This document shows positions 1 through 9,620 of a stretch of DNA of 64,000 nt, in pieces (within the stretch, counting starts at the first letter, position 1; each line of letters opens with the position of its first letter). The position numbers and the translations under genes were made by a program. Under the pieces are notes generated by a model. The model was not told the origin of the DNA. It searched no databases and saw nothing but the letters and a program-made list of their open reading frames with translations. Source of the stretch: Deferribacterales bacterium (GTDB lineage Bacteria > Chrysiogenota > Deferribacteres > Deferribacterales > Geovibrionaceae); NCBI GenBank assembly GCA_050253075.1, contig JBFWJS010000002.1:512001-576000 (forward strand), given 5' to 3'.

Positions 1-258
1 GACTCTCAGGAGCTCTATCAGAAGGGGACGGCTCTCATGCAGGCAGAATCCCCCGAGGAAGCAAAAAGATTTTTCGCATCTGCCGTGATAAATAATCCGA
101 AAGATGCCGAATACAGATATATGCTGGCAGAGACCCTCGCACTGACAGGCTATGTTTCCAGTGCGAAGATACAGCTCCAGACATGCCTTGACCTTAACGA
201 CGGGCACGAGCGTGCCAGAAAGCTGCTTGAAGGGCTTTCAAACCTGAAAGAGCAATGA
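1..258 (+). CDS. TPR-repeat protein, C-terminal part (5' end outside window)
   Basis: Frame open from base 1; TPR-like helices (AKRFFASAVINNPKDAEYRYMLAETL...CLDLNDGHERARKLL); ATGA overlap with next gene. Confidence 0.7.
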   Translation, partial: DSQELYQKGTALMQAESPEEAKRFFASAVINNPKDAEYRYMLAETLALTGYVSSAKIQLQTCLDLNDGHERARKLLEGLSNLKEQ

Positions 259-1823
259 GCGAAATCAGAATACCCACTCTAACCCCCGTCCCCCATAGCG
301 AACTGGTGCGCATTGTAGAGCAGGCGTACAGTATCTCACGCAATGACTTCCGTGTTAATTACGACGACGACGGCATAGGCACCATCATAATAGACACTGT
401 GGACGACAAACACGCAGGTCTCGCCCTAGACATCACAGATGCAGGGATGACGGCAAAGCTGAGCCTTTTCCCTCCGATTAACTTCGGAGTGTCCATAGAC
501 CAGACCACCGTCGAGGAATTCCTGCTGGACGAGCGGAAGATCGACACAGAGATGATCAACTGGGACAAGTTCAAAGAATGCTTCGAAGCCTATAAGAAAG
601 GCGTCCTCGTGTATCAGGTGCCTATGGCATTCGGCATTCCTAAGGTCGACGGAGTGGATGCGAAGTATGACCTCTTCTTTGACATAGAGGAGAAAAGGCC
701 GAAGGTTCTCGCCGACGGCAGCGTGGATTTCAAAGATATAAATAACATAGTCATGGTGGAGGAAGGCTCCATCCTCATGACATACTATAAAGAGACGGAC
801 GGCATCGACGGTAAAAAGGTACGCGGTGAAAACATCCCCGCCAAAAAAGGGAAAAAGATCACCATCCACAAAGGGAACGGCGTGCTCTTCGACCAGGACA
901 CAGGCATCTACACCGCAGAGGTGGCAGGCCATGTCACATTCAAAAATAACAAGCTGACCGTAAACCCCGTGTATACCGTACAGGGGGATGTCGACTATTC
1001 CGAGGGGAACATAGACTTCCACGGTACAGTTAAAATAGGCGGAGACGTCCTGAGCGGATTCGAGGTCAGGGCGAAGAATATCATCGTCTTCGGCATAGCC
1101 AGAGACGCCACGCTCATAGCCGACGAGGACATAACCGTACGCACGGGGATAGTCTCCACAGGGAAAGGCATCACAAAAGCGGGCAATACCGTCAGCTCCG
1201 ACTTCATCGAGGGGGCAGTGGTGCACGCAGGGATCGCCGTCATCATCAGAAACTACTGCTATAATTCAAAGATATTCTGCGAAGGCGAGATACTCGCCCT
1301 CTCAGGCGACGGTGTTCTGAACGGCGGAGAATTCCACGCATTCAGCAGCATAGAGGCAAAGAAGATAGGATTCGAGCGGAGCAGCACCTTCACACTGCAC
1401 GCAGGGGTCAAATACACCCTGAATGATAAAATAGAAAAGCTGATACAGCAGAAGGAAAACATCCGGAAGCGTCTCGAAGAGGCAGACCAGACAATACGCC
1501 TCATCGCAAAGCAGAACCCCGACATAAAGCAGAAGGAACAGCTTAAGTCGATTGTCGCAAATAGAAAGATACTTTTTGAAAAATATGATGGCATTGACGG
1601 AGAAATAGAACATCTTATAAAGACATCTATGCATCCCATGCCGTACATAATGGCAAAGGATGAGATAAACGAAGGCATCCGCATAGTCATTTACAACACG
1701 GAGCAGATAGTTCCTAAAAAGGTAGAGGGCGGCGGTAAGTTCGTCTTTAACCAGGGGACGGGGCATGTCGTCATGACAGCCAAAGATGCCGATCTGGAAT
1801 ACGACCCGAAAAAGAGAAAGTAA
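255..1823 (+). CDS. FapA family / DUF342 flagellar assembly protein A
   Basis: 522 aa; motifs DGSVDFKDINNI, GDVDYSEGNIDF.G.V.I.GDVLSGFEV.A, beta-helix region followed by coiled coil. Confidence 0.85.
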   Translation: MSEIRIPTLTPVPHSELVRIVEQAYSISRNDFRVNYDDDGIGTIIIDTVDDKHAGLALDITDAGMTAKLSLFPPINFGVSIDQTTVEEFLLDERKIDTEMINWDKFKECFEAYKKGVLVYQVPMAFGIPKVDGVDAKYDLFFDIEEKRPKVLADGSVDFKDINNIVMVEEGSILMTYYKETDGIDGKKVRGENIPAKKGKKITIHKGNGVLFDQDTGIYTAEVAGHVTFKNNKLTVNPVYTVQGDVDYSEGNIDFHGTVKIGGDVLSGFEVRAKNIIVFGIARDATLIADEDITVRTGIVSTGKGITKAGNTVSSDFIEGAVVHAGIAVIIRNYCYNSKIFCEGEILALSGDGVLNGGEFHAFSSIEAKKIGFERSSTFTLHAGVKYTLNDKIEKLIQQKENIRKRLEEADQTIRLIAKQNPDIKQKEQLKSIVANRKILFEKYDGIDGEIEHLIKTSMHPMPYIMAKDEINEGIRIVIYNTEQIVPKKVEGGGKFVFNQGTGHVVMTAKDADLEYDPKKRK

Positions 1824-2228
1824 ATGTCATCCATGCTGAAACACAAAGCTGTAGTGCTGAATATCGAGAGCGACGGCACCGCAGTGGTAGAGATAGCCAG
1901 AGGGAGCGCATGTTCTGCCTGTGGGGAAAAGAGCTCCTGCACCATCACAGACGATACAAACATCCGCCTCAGATTCAAAAATTCATCACACCTCAAAGCA
2001 GGCGATATGGTAGAGATCGGCATAGAGAAGCAGAGCTTCTTTAAAGGGCTCTTCATCGTTTATATCGTACCGCTGATACTGATGCTGGCATCCGCCGTCA
2101 TCACAGACTCCATAACGGACAAACAGCTCATAACGGCAGGCGTAACCCTTGCGGTGCTTATCATGTACTTTATCGGATTAAAACTGTTACACAACGGTGA
2201 AGACAAACAGTCGTACCGATTACTTTAA
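1824..2228 (+). CDS. RseC/MucC family (SoxR-reducing system) membrane protein
   Basis: R.SACSAC....SC Cys motif, GDMVEI, YIVPL, two TM helices. Confidence 0.85.
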   Translation: MSSMLKHKAVVLNIESDGTAVVEIARGSACSACGEKSSCTITDDTNIRLRFKNSSHLKAGDMVEIGIEKQSFFKGLFIVYIVPLILMLASAVITDSITDKQLITAGVTLAVLIMYFIGLKLLHNGEDKQSYRLL

Positions 2229-2356
2229 TCTTTTACCGTCACAGTAAAAATTAAGGTCGTACATCCTGAACAAGAACATACCTATACCCATTATTTTAAG
2301 ATATTTAAATACTGAATCTATCTAAAAAGAAAGCACGTTTTGTGTAATAATTACAC

Positions 2357-2860
2357 ATGAAGTATTTCCTGACGATATTAATGCTAATCTCTTTCTGTGC
2401 TGCAGACGCATTTCAGTGTGACCACGCCGAGGTTATCGACGGCGACACAATCAGATGCGACATAGCCGACCTGCCCGAGATATTCGGCAGCGGGATATCC
2501 GTCCGCCTGAAGGACTGCGACTCGCCCGAGATACGCACCGCAGACAAGGCAGAAAAGGCCGCAGGACACAAGGCAAAGCAGGAACTGACCGAAAAGGTGA
2601 CAGGGAAGCAGATAGAGCTGAAGAATGTATCAAGAGGGAAATATTTCAGACTGGTAGCAGATGTTTACGCTGATTCTGCAAAGCTCACATGCCCACAGGA
2701 CAAGCTGGCATACGCCCCGCCCGCCTTTAAATGCGGCGCAAAGACAAAATGCTCGCAGATGTCCTCATGCGAAGAAGCATATTTTTATCTGCAAAAATGC
2801 GGTCTAAATGGGCTCGACAGAGACAAAGACGGCATCCCGTGCGAAAATATATGTAGGTAA
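2357..2860 (+). CDS. Secreted thermonuclease (SNase-like) with C-terminal Excalibur Ca-binding domain
   Basis: Signal peptide; VIDGDTI, VRL...DSPE, GKYFRLVADVY; C-terminal CSQMSSCEEA...LDRDKDGIPCENIC. Confidence 0.85.
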   Translation: MKYFLTILMLISFCAADAFQCDHAEVIDGDTIRCDIADLPEIFGSGISVRLKDCDSPEIRTADKAEKAAGHKAKQELTEKVTGKQIELKNVSRGKYFRLVADVYADSAKLTCPQDKLAYAPPAFKCGAKTKCSQMSSCEEAYFYLQKCGLNGLDRDKDGIPCENICR

Positions 2861-2868
2861 GACCTGCA

Positions 2869-3230
2869 TAAAAGTTATATTTTCTGCTGTCCTAGAGCAC
2901 ATAACAAAAATAATTTCGCATATTTGATTGTATTTTGTCATTCAGAGGATTTTAGTCCGAAGAATCTTATCCATACATAATCTCTAACAAGTAAATAGGC
3001 TTGCTATAGACACAGCGGTATCAGATTGCCGCACCTCCTTCGGAGGTTCGCAATGACTTATATGTGTTAAGTTTTATGATATATGTCCTACGAGTACGTG
3101 CCTACTCCCGCAAGCGAGGCACATCCTGTGGCTAAAAGTTACATTTTTCTGCTGTCCTAGCAGAAAAATTCGGGTCGCACAGCACGAACGAGTACGTGCC
3201 TACTCCCGCAAGCGAGGCACATCCTGTGCC
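2869..3230 (-). repeat. Tandem ~98-nt GGA-hairpin repeat: full unit 3131-3228, split unit 3090-3130 + 2869-2895
   Basis: 41-bp exact direct repeat 3090-3130/3188-3228; near-identical 27-28 bp repeat 2869-2895/3133-3160. Confidence 0.85.
2937..3057. repeat. GTCA...TGAC palindromic REP-like dimer
   Basis: gtcattcagagga...gaagaatct (2937-2967) facing agattgccgc...cgcaatgac (3023-3057). Confidence 0.7.
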
Positions 3231-4508
3231 TTAATCCTCGTCGCTTCTTATGATTACAGAATTCCTGTGCGCTATGAGCTCCTCGGATTCTGCCAGAACT
3301 CTGATGTCGGGCATGTCAGCCATGAGCTGTTCTTTGCTGTAGTATATGATGCTCGATTTCTTCTGAAAGTCATATGTGCCGAGGGGTGAGAAGAACTTCG
3401 CAGTTCCCCCCGTAGGCAGTACGTGGTTTGGACCTGCGTAATAATCGCCCACAGGCTCGGGTGTATTTGTACCGAGGAAGATAGCTCCTGCGTTGCGTAT
3501 CTTCAGCATGTATTCCATAGGGTTAGCCACACATAGCTCAAGGTGCTCCACGGCTATCTCGTTTGTGATGTCGGCTGCCTCGGCAAGGTCTTCCGTAACG
3601 ATGATAGCGCCGTATTTCTCTATAGATTTCTTCGCTATCTCCTTTTTCGGCAGTTCCTCAAGCTGAGCATAAACAGAGCTTTCGATCTCTTTCGCCAGCT
3701 CCATATCGTCTGTGACTACGATGGCAGATGCGAGCTCGTCGTGCTCTGCCTGAGACAGCATATCCGCAGCTACATAGTCAGGGTCTGCAGTGCTGTCTGC
3801 GACAATGAGTATCTCGCTCGGTCCTGCTATCATGTCTATATCCACCTGACCAAATACCATCTTCTTAGCGAGGGCGACATATATATTCCCCGGGCCGACT
3901 ATCTTGCACACTCTGGGCACTGTCTCCGTGCCGTATGCGAGAGCTGCGACAGCCTGTGCACCGCCTATCTTGAAGCCTCTGTCCACACCGGCGAGGTAAG
4001 CGGCAGCAAGCACAACGGGGTTCACCTCTCCGCCCGTAGCGGGGGTGACCATGACTATCTCGTCCACACCTGCGACCTTCGCAGGAAGAACATTCATCAG
4101 CACGGATGAAGGATAAACAGCCTTTCCGCCGGGAACATATACACCGACAGATTCCAGAGCAGTGACCTTCTGACCGAGGAAAGTGCCCGGAGCTTTTTCA
4201 TACATCCATGTGTTTTCGAGCTGTTTTTCGTGAAAGGAGATAACATTTGCCTTCGCATTTTCCAGAGCTTCTTTCAGCCTGTCGTCGAGGGCATCCCATG
4301 CAGATTTCATCTCTTCCTTTGTGATCTCCATGCCGTTTTTGGCTATGTCGAACTTGTCAAATCTAAGAGAAAGCTCACATAGAGCCTCATCCCCTCTCTT
4401 TTTCACGTCGTTTATGATGTTGAGGACAGTCTGGAGGTATTCCCCCTCCATTATCTCCCCTCTTTTTAATATGTCTTGTAAACGTTTGTCATTCTTATCT
4501 ATTATCAT
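3231..4508 (-). CDS. hisD: Histidinol dehydrogenase
   Basis: [58 protein letters not shown]. Confidence 0.97.
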   Translation of the reverse strand: MIIDKNDKRLQDILKRGEIMEGEYLQTVLNIINDVKKRGDEALCELSLRFDKFDIAKNGMEITKEEMKSAWDALDDRLKEALENAKANVISFHEKQLENTWMYEKAPGTFLGQKVTALESVGVYVPGGKAVYPSSVLMNVLPAKVAGVDEIVMVTPATGGEVNPVVLAAAYLAGVDRGFKIGGAQAVAALAYGTETVPRVCKIVGPGNIYVALAKKMVFGQVDIDMIAGPSEILIVADSTADPDYVAADMLSQAEHDELASAIVVTDDMELAKEIESSVYAQLEELPKKEIAKKSIEKYGAIIVTEDLAEAADITNEIAVEHLELCVANPMEYMLKIRNAGAIFLGTNTPEPVGDYYAGPNHVLPTGGTAKFFSPLGTYDFQKKSSIIYYSKEQLMADMPDIRVLAESEELIAHRNSVIIRSDED

Positions 4509-5561
4509 CTATACACCTGTAAAAAATCCTTTCCCGTTCTTCTTGCTGTGGTAGAGCCTGCCGTCTGCTATCTTTACGATGTCTTCCGTGGTGTCGTCCT
4601 TAGTTATATCTCCGGGGACGGAAACAAGCCCCCCTGAGAGGCTCGCCACATCGCCGAAACCATAAGCGTTGAACACCTTTTTACCTATGTCCTGCAGTCT
4701 CTCCACCAGTATGAAGAGGTTCTCTATGTTTGCATGGGGTACGATGAGGAAAAATTCATCCCCGCCGAAGCGCCCTAATATGTCGCTGGTACGCAGACCT
4801 TCCTGTATCTCATCACTGATGGCTCTTATGATGGTGTCGCCAGTGACATGGCCTGCCGTGTCGTTTATCTGCTTAAAGTTGTCTATATCCATAAGGATAA
4901 AAACGAATCCCTGATCATAGCGCTTATACTTCGCCATGAAGTTATCTAGGAACTCACCCATGGCGAGCTTATTATATGTGCCCGTCATGAAGTCTGTTCT
5001 GGTCTGGCGGAAGATCACTTCCGTGTTATACAGCTTCTGCATTGAAACAGATGCGATGGACGCCAGATCCTTTATGAAATCAGTGGCTATATCACCGCCG
5101 AATTTCGACTCGCTCCTGCTATAGAGGTTAAGGCTGCCTATTATCTTTCCGCTCTTTACCAGCGGTGCAAAGAGGTATGAGCCCATATCTTCGTAAACAT
5201 TGAATTCGCTGATTATATTAGTAGCGTTGTCGTCGTTGTATGGTCTCTTTTCCAGATAAAAAGCCTTAAACACGTTTTCAGGCATGAAATATATACGATA
5301 ATCAAGATTGTTACTTTCACGTTCAAAGTCAAGTTCATCAGCATTCAAAAAGAGCACTGCCCTGTCCACTCCGAAGATATCCTCCAGATATCTAAGAGGT
5401 TTTTCGATCATTTCCTTAAGATTTTCAGCGAGGAGGAAGGCGAATTCCACAGTTTTAAAACCTGCGTGCTTTGCCTCGTTATTCTTAACCAGCTCCATAA
5501 GGTTGGTCAGCTCGCCTTTCAGGTCAGAGTTCTCTTTGATCATGTTGTTGACTTTGTTCAT
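4509..5561 (-). CDS. Diguanylate cyclase with N-terminal coiled-coil/GAF-like sensor
   Basis: DIDNFKQINDTAGHVTGD, RTSD I-site, intact RFGGDEF. Confidence 0.9.
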   Translation of the reverse strand: MNKVNNMIKENSDLKGELTNLMELVKNNEAKHAGFKTVEFAFLLAENLKEMIEKPLRYLEDIFGVDRAVLFLNADELDFERESNNLDYRIYFMPENVFKAFYLEKRPYNDDNATNIISEFNVYEDMGSYLFAPLVKSGKIIGSLNLYSRSESKFGGDIATDFIKDLASIASVSMQKLYNTEVIFRQTRTDFMTGTYNKLAMGEFLDNFMAKYKRYDQGFVFILMDIDNFKQINDTAGHVTGDTIIRAISDEIQEGLRTSDILGRFGGDEFFLIVPHANIENLFILVERLQDIGKKVFNAYGFGDVASLSGGLVSVPGDITKDDTTEDIVKIADGRLYHSKKNGKGFFTGV

Positions 5562-7954
5562 TTAAGCTCCCCCAGATTCCTGCCCACAGCACCGTTCACG
5601 ACGAGCGGCACGTCCAGCTCCATCACGTTTTCCATGATGTCCTGCACATGTTTACTGAAAGCATCGACATCTTTGTCGCTCACCTCAAAGACAAGTTCGT
5701 CATGCACCTGCAGAACGATGAGCGCATCATACTTCTTATCGTCCAAAAGCTCCTGACACTCAACCATCGCCAGCTTTATAATGTCTGCTGCCGAGCCCTG
5801 CATAGGCACGTTGGTTGCGATGCGTTCGCCCCTCATTGCCACCGTGCGGTTCTTGCTGCGTATCTCACGTATGAAACGCTTTCTCCCCGCCAGTGTCTCT
5901 GCATAGCCCTTTTCCCTTGTCTCGTTGGCTATCTTTTCGATGAACGACTTCACTTTCGGATATGTCGCAAAGTATTTTTCTATAAATTTCTTGGCACTCT
6001 TCTGGTCTACGCCCGTATCACGGGAAAGCCCGAATGCGGACAGACCGTAAAGTATGCCGAAGTTCACAGCCTTTGCCAGACGGCGCATGTCGCTGTCCAC
6101 GGCATTCGGAGCAACGCCGAATATACCGCAGGCTGTTTTTGTATGTATGTCTTCGTTGTTTCTGTATGCTTCGCCCAGCCTCTCGTCACCTGTGAGGTGT
6201 GCGAGGATGCGCAGTTCTATCTGTGAATAGTCGAAGGATACAAAGCTGTAGCCTTCCTTTGCCACAAAAGCCTCACGGAGCTTTACGCCCCATTCGCCCT
6301 TTATTGGGATGTTCTGCATGTTCGGGTTAACGGAGCTGAGTCGCCCTGTTGCCGTACCCGTCTGGCGGAAGGATGAATGTATACGTCCGTCGCCCGCCAC
6401 GTAGTCTTTCAGAGGGAGAGCATATGTGGAGAGCAGTTTTGCCAGCTCTCTGTATTTCAGAATGGATTCCAGCATGTGTGCAAACAGAGGGTTCAGAGGT
6501 ATCATACCCCTGATGGATTCCTCGTCTGTGCTGAATCCCGTCTTCGTCTTTTTCAGCCCCTCGAGCCCAAGATCCTCAAAGAGGTATACCTGAAGCTGTT
6601 TCGGGGAATTAAGGTTTATGTCGTAGCCTACGGCTGTCTTTATCTCTTCGCTGACCTTCCCTACTTCATCCTGAAGCTTGTCAGCCACCTTCGCCATGAT
6701 GTCGGCGTCGAAGCCTATGCCGTTCGACTCCATCTCGCCCAGACAGTATGCCACAGGGAGCTCCATATCGAGGTAGACGTCCATCAGTCCGTTCTGCTCC
6801 AGCTTCGTCTTTTCACTTTTGGCATTCGCCACCACAGTGCCGATGAACTGATCCATTGTGTCAGTCTTGCCCATTGTGATGCCGCCGCTGTCGGGGTCGT
6901 TCAGCCAGCTCATGAGGAAGACGTCGAAAGCCTTTTCGTACTTCTCGCCTGTGAGCCTGTAAATATTTTTTATATCATAGAAAAACTGTGCATCTTTCAG
7001 GCTGTGCCCGTCACGCTCACAGTATTTCTTTCCGTCTGTCACATATATCTTTCCGTCCACAAACAGCGCAATGGAGACATCCTTAACATCCCCCTGCTCC
7101 ACAGTGGCGACATCCGGCTGAACATCCTCACTGTCGGATTCTGCGAAGAGCTTCGCATGGATAGTCTTCAGTTCGAGGTCTGTGAGCATCTCGCTCAGCT
7201 TCTTTTCATCATCGATGATCTCTACCTGCGGCACTTCGTCCAGTATGTCCAGACCCACAAGGTCATAGCTGAGGTATGCATTGTCTTTATTCTCTATCAG
7301 CTTGTCTTTCAGCTTACCTTTTACCTCATCCACATGTTCGTAGATGCCGTCCAGCGAGCCGTATTCTATCAGCAGTTTTGCAGCAGTTTTTACACCTACC
7401 CCTGCCACACCGGGGATATTATCCGCCGTATCCCCTGCGAGGGCGAGCAGCTCACGAACCTTTTCAGGCCCCACGCCGAACTTCTCCACAACCATGTCTC
7501 TGCCGAGGAATTCACCCTTCTGGCTGTCGAATATCTTCACTCTGTCGTCCACTATCTGAAAGATATCCTTGTCCTTTGTCAGCATGCCGACCTCGTCGTC
7601 GGTATGTGCTGCGAGGGTCGCCATTATGTCGTCCCCTTCGTATCCGTCTATCTTATAGTAGGCTACGCCGAGGAGAGGTATCACCTCGTCCATAATGCCG
7701 AACTGCACTCCGAGATCCTCCGGTGTTGCGTCCCTTGTGGCTTTATATTCAGGGTGTATGTCGTGCCTGCGGTTCTTCCCTTTAGCGTCGAAAACCACGG
7801 CGACATTCTCTTTCCCGTATTTGTTTATCAGTGTGATGATGCTCTGTATAACTCCGTGTATGACGGATGTGGGCACACCCTTAGAGTTTGTGAGCGGAGG
7901 CGATTTGTGATATGTGCGAAAGGCTATGTAGCTTCCGTCTATGATGATCTTCAT
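5558..7954 (-). CDS. polA: DNA polymerase I (5'-3' exonuclease + polymerase; 3'-5' exonuclease region degenerate)
   Basis: IIDG, GDTADNIPGVAGVG, TATGRLSS, DYSQIELRILAH, AKAVNFGILYG, QVHDEL. Confidence 0.96.
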   Translation of the reverse strand: MKIIIDGSYIAFRTYHKSPPLTNSKGVPTSVIHGVIQSIITLINKYGKENVAVVFDAKGKNRRHDIHPEYKATRDATPEDLGVQFGIMDEVIPLLGVAYYKIDGYEGDDIMATLAAHTDDEVGMLTKDKDIFQIVDDRVKIFDSQKGEFLGRDMVVEKFGVGPEKVRELLALAGDTADNIPGVAGVGVKTAAKLLIEYGSLDGIYEHVDEVKGKLKDKLIENKDNAYLSYDLVGLDILDEVPQVEIIDDEKKLSEMLTDLELKTIHAKLFAESDSEDVQPDVATVEQGDVKDVSIALFVDGKIYVTDGKKYCERDGHSLKDAQFFYDIKNIYRLTGEKYEKAFDVFLMSWLNDPDSGGITMGKTDTMDQFIGTVVANAKSEKTKLEQNGLMDVYLDMELPVAYCLGEMESNGIGFDADIMAKVADKLQDEVGKVSEEIKTAVGYDINLNSPKQLQVYLFEDLGLEGLKKTKTGFSTDEESIRGMIPLNPLFAHMLESILKYRELAKLLSTYALPLKDYVAGDGRIHSSFRQTGTATGRLSSVNPNMQNIPIKGEWGVKLREAFVAKEGYSFVSFDYSQIELRILAHLTGDERLGEAYRNNEDIHTKTACGIFGVAPNAVDSDMRRLAKAVNFGILYGLSAFGLSRDTGVDQKSAKKFIEKYFATYPKVKSFIEKIANETREKGYAETLAGRKRFIREIRSKNRTVAMRGERIATNVPMQGSAADIIKLAMVECQELLDDKKYDALIVLQVHDELVFEVSDKDVDAFSKHVQDIMENVMELDVPLVVNGAVGRNLGELK

Positions 7955-7956
7955 TT

Positions 7957-8955
7957 TTATCCTTCGAGCTTTTCGCTTTTCAGCGGCCTGCCCATCAGCG
8001 ATGTAACAGAGTCATAAGGCTTCTTACCGAGGTATAAAATCTCGTAAACCTCGTTGATAATTGGCGCATCCACGCCGAGCTTCTCTGTCAGTTTTTTAGC
8101 AGCCATTGTGGTGTAAACCCCTTCGGCTACCATATTCATGCTTCCTGTTATCTCGTCGAGGGTCATCCCCTCTGCTATCTTTAATCCGACCGTCCTGTTA
8201 CGGGAGAGATCGCCCGTGCATGTCAGCACTAGGTCGCCCATGCCCGACAGCCCCATCAGCGTCTCAGGCTTTCCGCCGAGCGCAACGCCCAGCCTAGCCA
8301 TCTCCGCCAGCCCTCTGGTGATGAGCCCCGCCCTCGCATTATATCCAAAGCCGAGCCCGTCTGCTATCCCCGTGGCGATTGCCAGCACGTTCTTTATCGC
8401 ACCGCCGACCTCCACACCGGGTATATCGTCTGTGTAGTAAGCTCTAAAATAGTCCGTGGACAGCTTCTCCTGCCACCATATGGCGCATTCCTCGCATGAT
8501 GATGCGATGCTCACCGCTGTGGGCTTTTTAGACACGACCTCCTTTGCAAAGGAAGGCCCCGAAAGTATGGAAAACTCTGCATCGTAACAGCTTTTCAGCA
8601 CATGCACGATGAGGTCACCGGTGTCTATCTCTATACCTTTTGTCGCTACCAGCAGCTTCTTCCCTGTGAGAGCGTCTTTATAGTCTGTCGCCACCTTTCT
8701 CGAAAACTGAGTAGGCACGACCCATATTATCCTGTCTGTATCTATGTCGTTAAGCTGGCTGAAGTTTCTAGCAGAAATATTTTCATTCAGCTTTACTCCC
8801 GGCATGAAGAGAGTGTTCTCATGCTGTTCGTTTATAGCTTTCACCAGCTCGTCTTCAAACGCGTAAATATCTACAGCAAAACCGTTTCCCGCTGCCAGCT
8901 CTGCCAGCGCAGTTCCCCAGTTGCCACCGCCTATTACAGCCATTTTTTCTTGCAT
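7957..8955 (-). CDS. gpsA: NAD(P)H-dependent glycerol-3-phosphate dehydrogenase
   Basis: GGGNWGTALA, LSGPSFAKEV, GGAIKNVLAIA, GDLVLTCTGDLSRNR; start uncertain (8943/8955/8967). Confidence 0.95.
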   Translation of the reverse strand: MQEKMAVIGGGNWGTALAELAAGNGFAVDIYAFEDELVKAINEQHENTLFMPGVKLNENISARNFSQLNDIDTDRIIWVVPTQFSRKVATDYKDALTGKKLLVATKGIEIDTGDLIVHVLKSCYDAEFSILSGPSFAKEVVSKKPTAVSIASSCEECAIWWQEKLSTDYFRAYYTDDIPGVEVGGAIKNVLAIATGIADGLGFGYNARAGLITRGLAEMARLGVALGGKPETLMGLSGMGDLVLTCTGDLSRNRTVGLKIAEGMTLDEITGSMNMVAEGVYTTMAAKKLTEKLGVDAPIINEVYEILYLGKKPYDSVTSLMGRPLKSEKLEG

Positions 8956-9014
8956 GAATAACCCCATGATGATATCTTGTACTTAGGATACGCAAAAAAA
9001 TTGTAGGTGATTTT

Positions 9015-9296
9015 ATGCTTCAAATCAATCAATATGACATCGAAATGCTGAAAAACATCAATGAGCAGCGTGCTTGGGAGATTTTCCCGGTGTTTCTGGA
9101 GCATAATCCTGATGTCTGCATATGCAGAAGCTGTGTGCTGGACATCATGGCTATCACCCTCAATACCCTGCCACCATGCTATCACTCCGAAGAGCATAAT
9201 ATGAGCGCAGCCAGAAACAAGGTTTCCGACGAGGAGATCTACCGTAAGATGAAAGAGGCTTCCCTTATAGTTAAAGCTCGTCCACGTCACGATTAG
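9015..9296 (+). CDS. ComFB family protein (Zn-binding, cyclic dinucleotide receptor family)
   Basis: N.NE...C.C..C..D..A..LN.LPP.Y and C-terminal PRH, matching the ComFB signature. Confidence 0.85.
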   Translation: MLQINQYDIEMLKNINEQRAWEIFPVFLEHNPDVCICRSCVLDIMAITLNTLPPCYHSEEHNMSAARNKVSDEEIYRKMKEASLIVKARPRHD

Positions 9297-9521
9297 TCAG
9301 ATTATTTTTCCATCCTTGAAAAAATAATTCGGTCGTTCGACTTGTTAAAAGCAAGTCTCTCTCTCGCTACGCGCACTGCTTCCATGCAGTGGAGTCAGAT
9401 TATTTTTCTCTCCATAGAAAACATTTGATGGTCTCAAATGTTTCTGCACCTAGCTAGCTGCAAAAATAATTCGGTCGTTCGACTTGTTAAAAGCAAGTCT
9501 CGCTCTCGCTCCGCGCGCTGC
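9295..9521 (-). repeat. Two tandem units of the GGA-hairpin repeat (9295-9392; 9393-9521)
   Basis: ~60-bp near-identical repeat 9320-9379/9462-9521; agtcagattatttttc at 9295 and 9393. Confidence 0.85.
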
Positions 9522-9620
9522 ATTATAGAGACACATTACTATATTTGTTTTCAAAATTCCCCCTTCCTTTTTTACACTGACCAGTTTACTATAGTATAAA
9601 TTTATTATTGGAGTGTATTC

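Noticed and set aside
2257..2271. GTACATCCTGAAC as a further GGA-repeat copy
   Set aside because: Only an H1-like motif is present; the other hairpins are not recognisable
3090..3228. Direct repeats (also 9320-9521 and 45760-45923) as mini-CRISPR arrays
   Set aside because: Only two repeats per locus, different repeat sequences at each locus, structured spacers that belong to the repeat unit, and no cas genes
5558..7954. Short (798 aa) PolA as a pseudogene
   Set aside because: The ORF is intact with all polymerase motifs; loss of the proofreading domain is common in bacterial Pol I
6377..8017. 546-aa plus-strand ORF and other long antisense ORFs (e.g. 26710-27711, 31078-32298, 36756-38207, 42908-43891)
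   Set aside because: They are shadows of polA, tuf and rpoBC caused by codon bias and have no recognisable motifs
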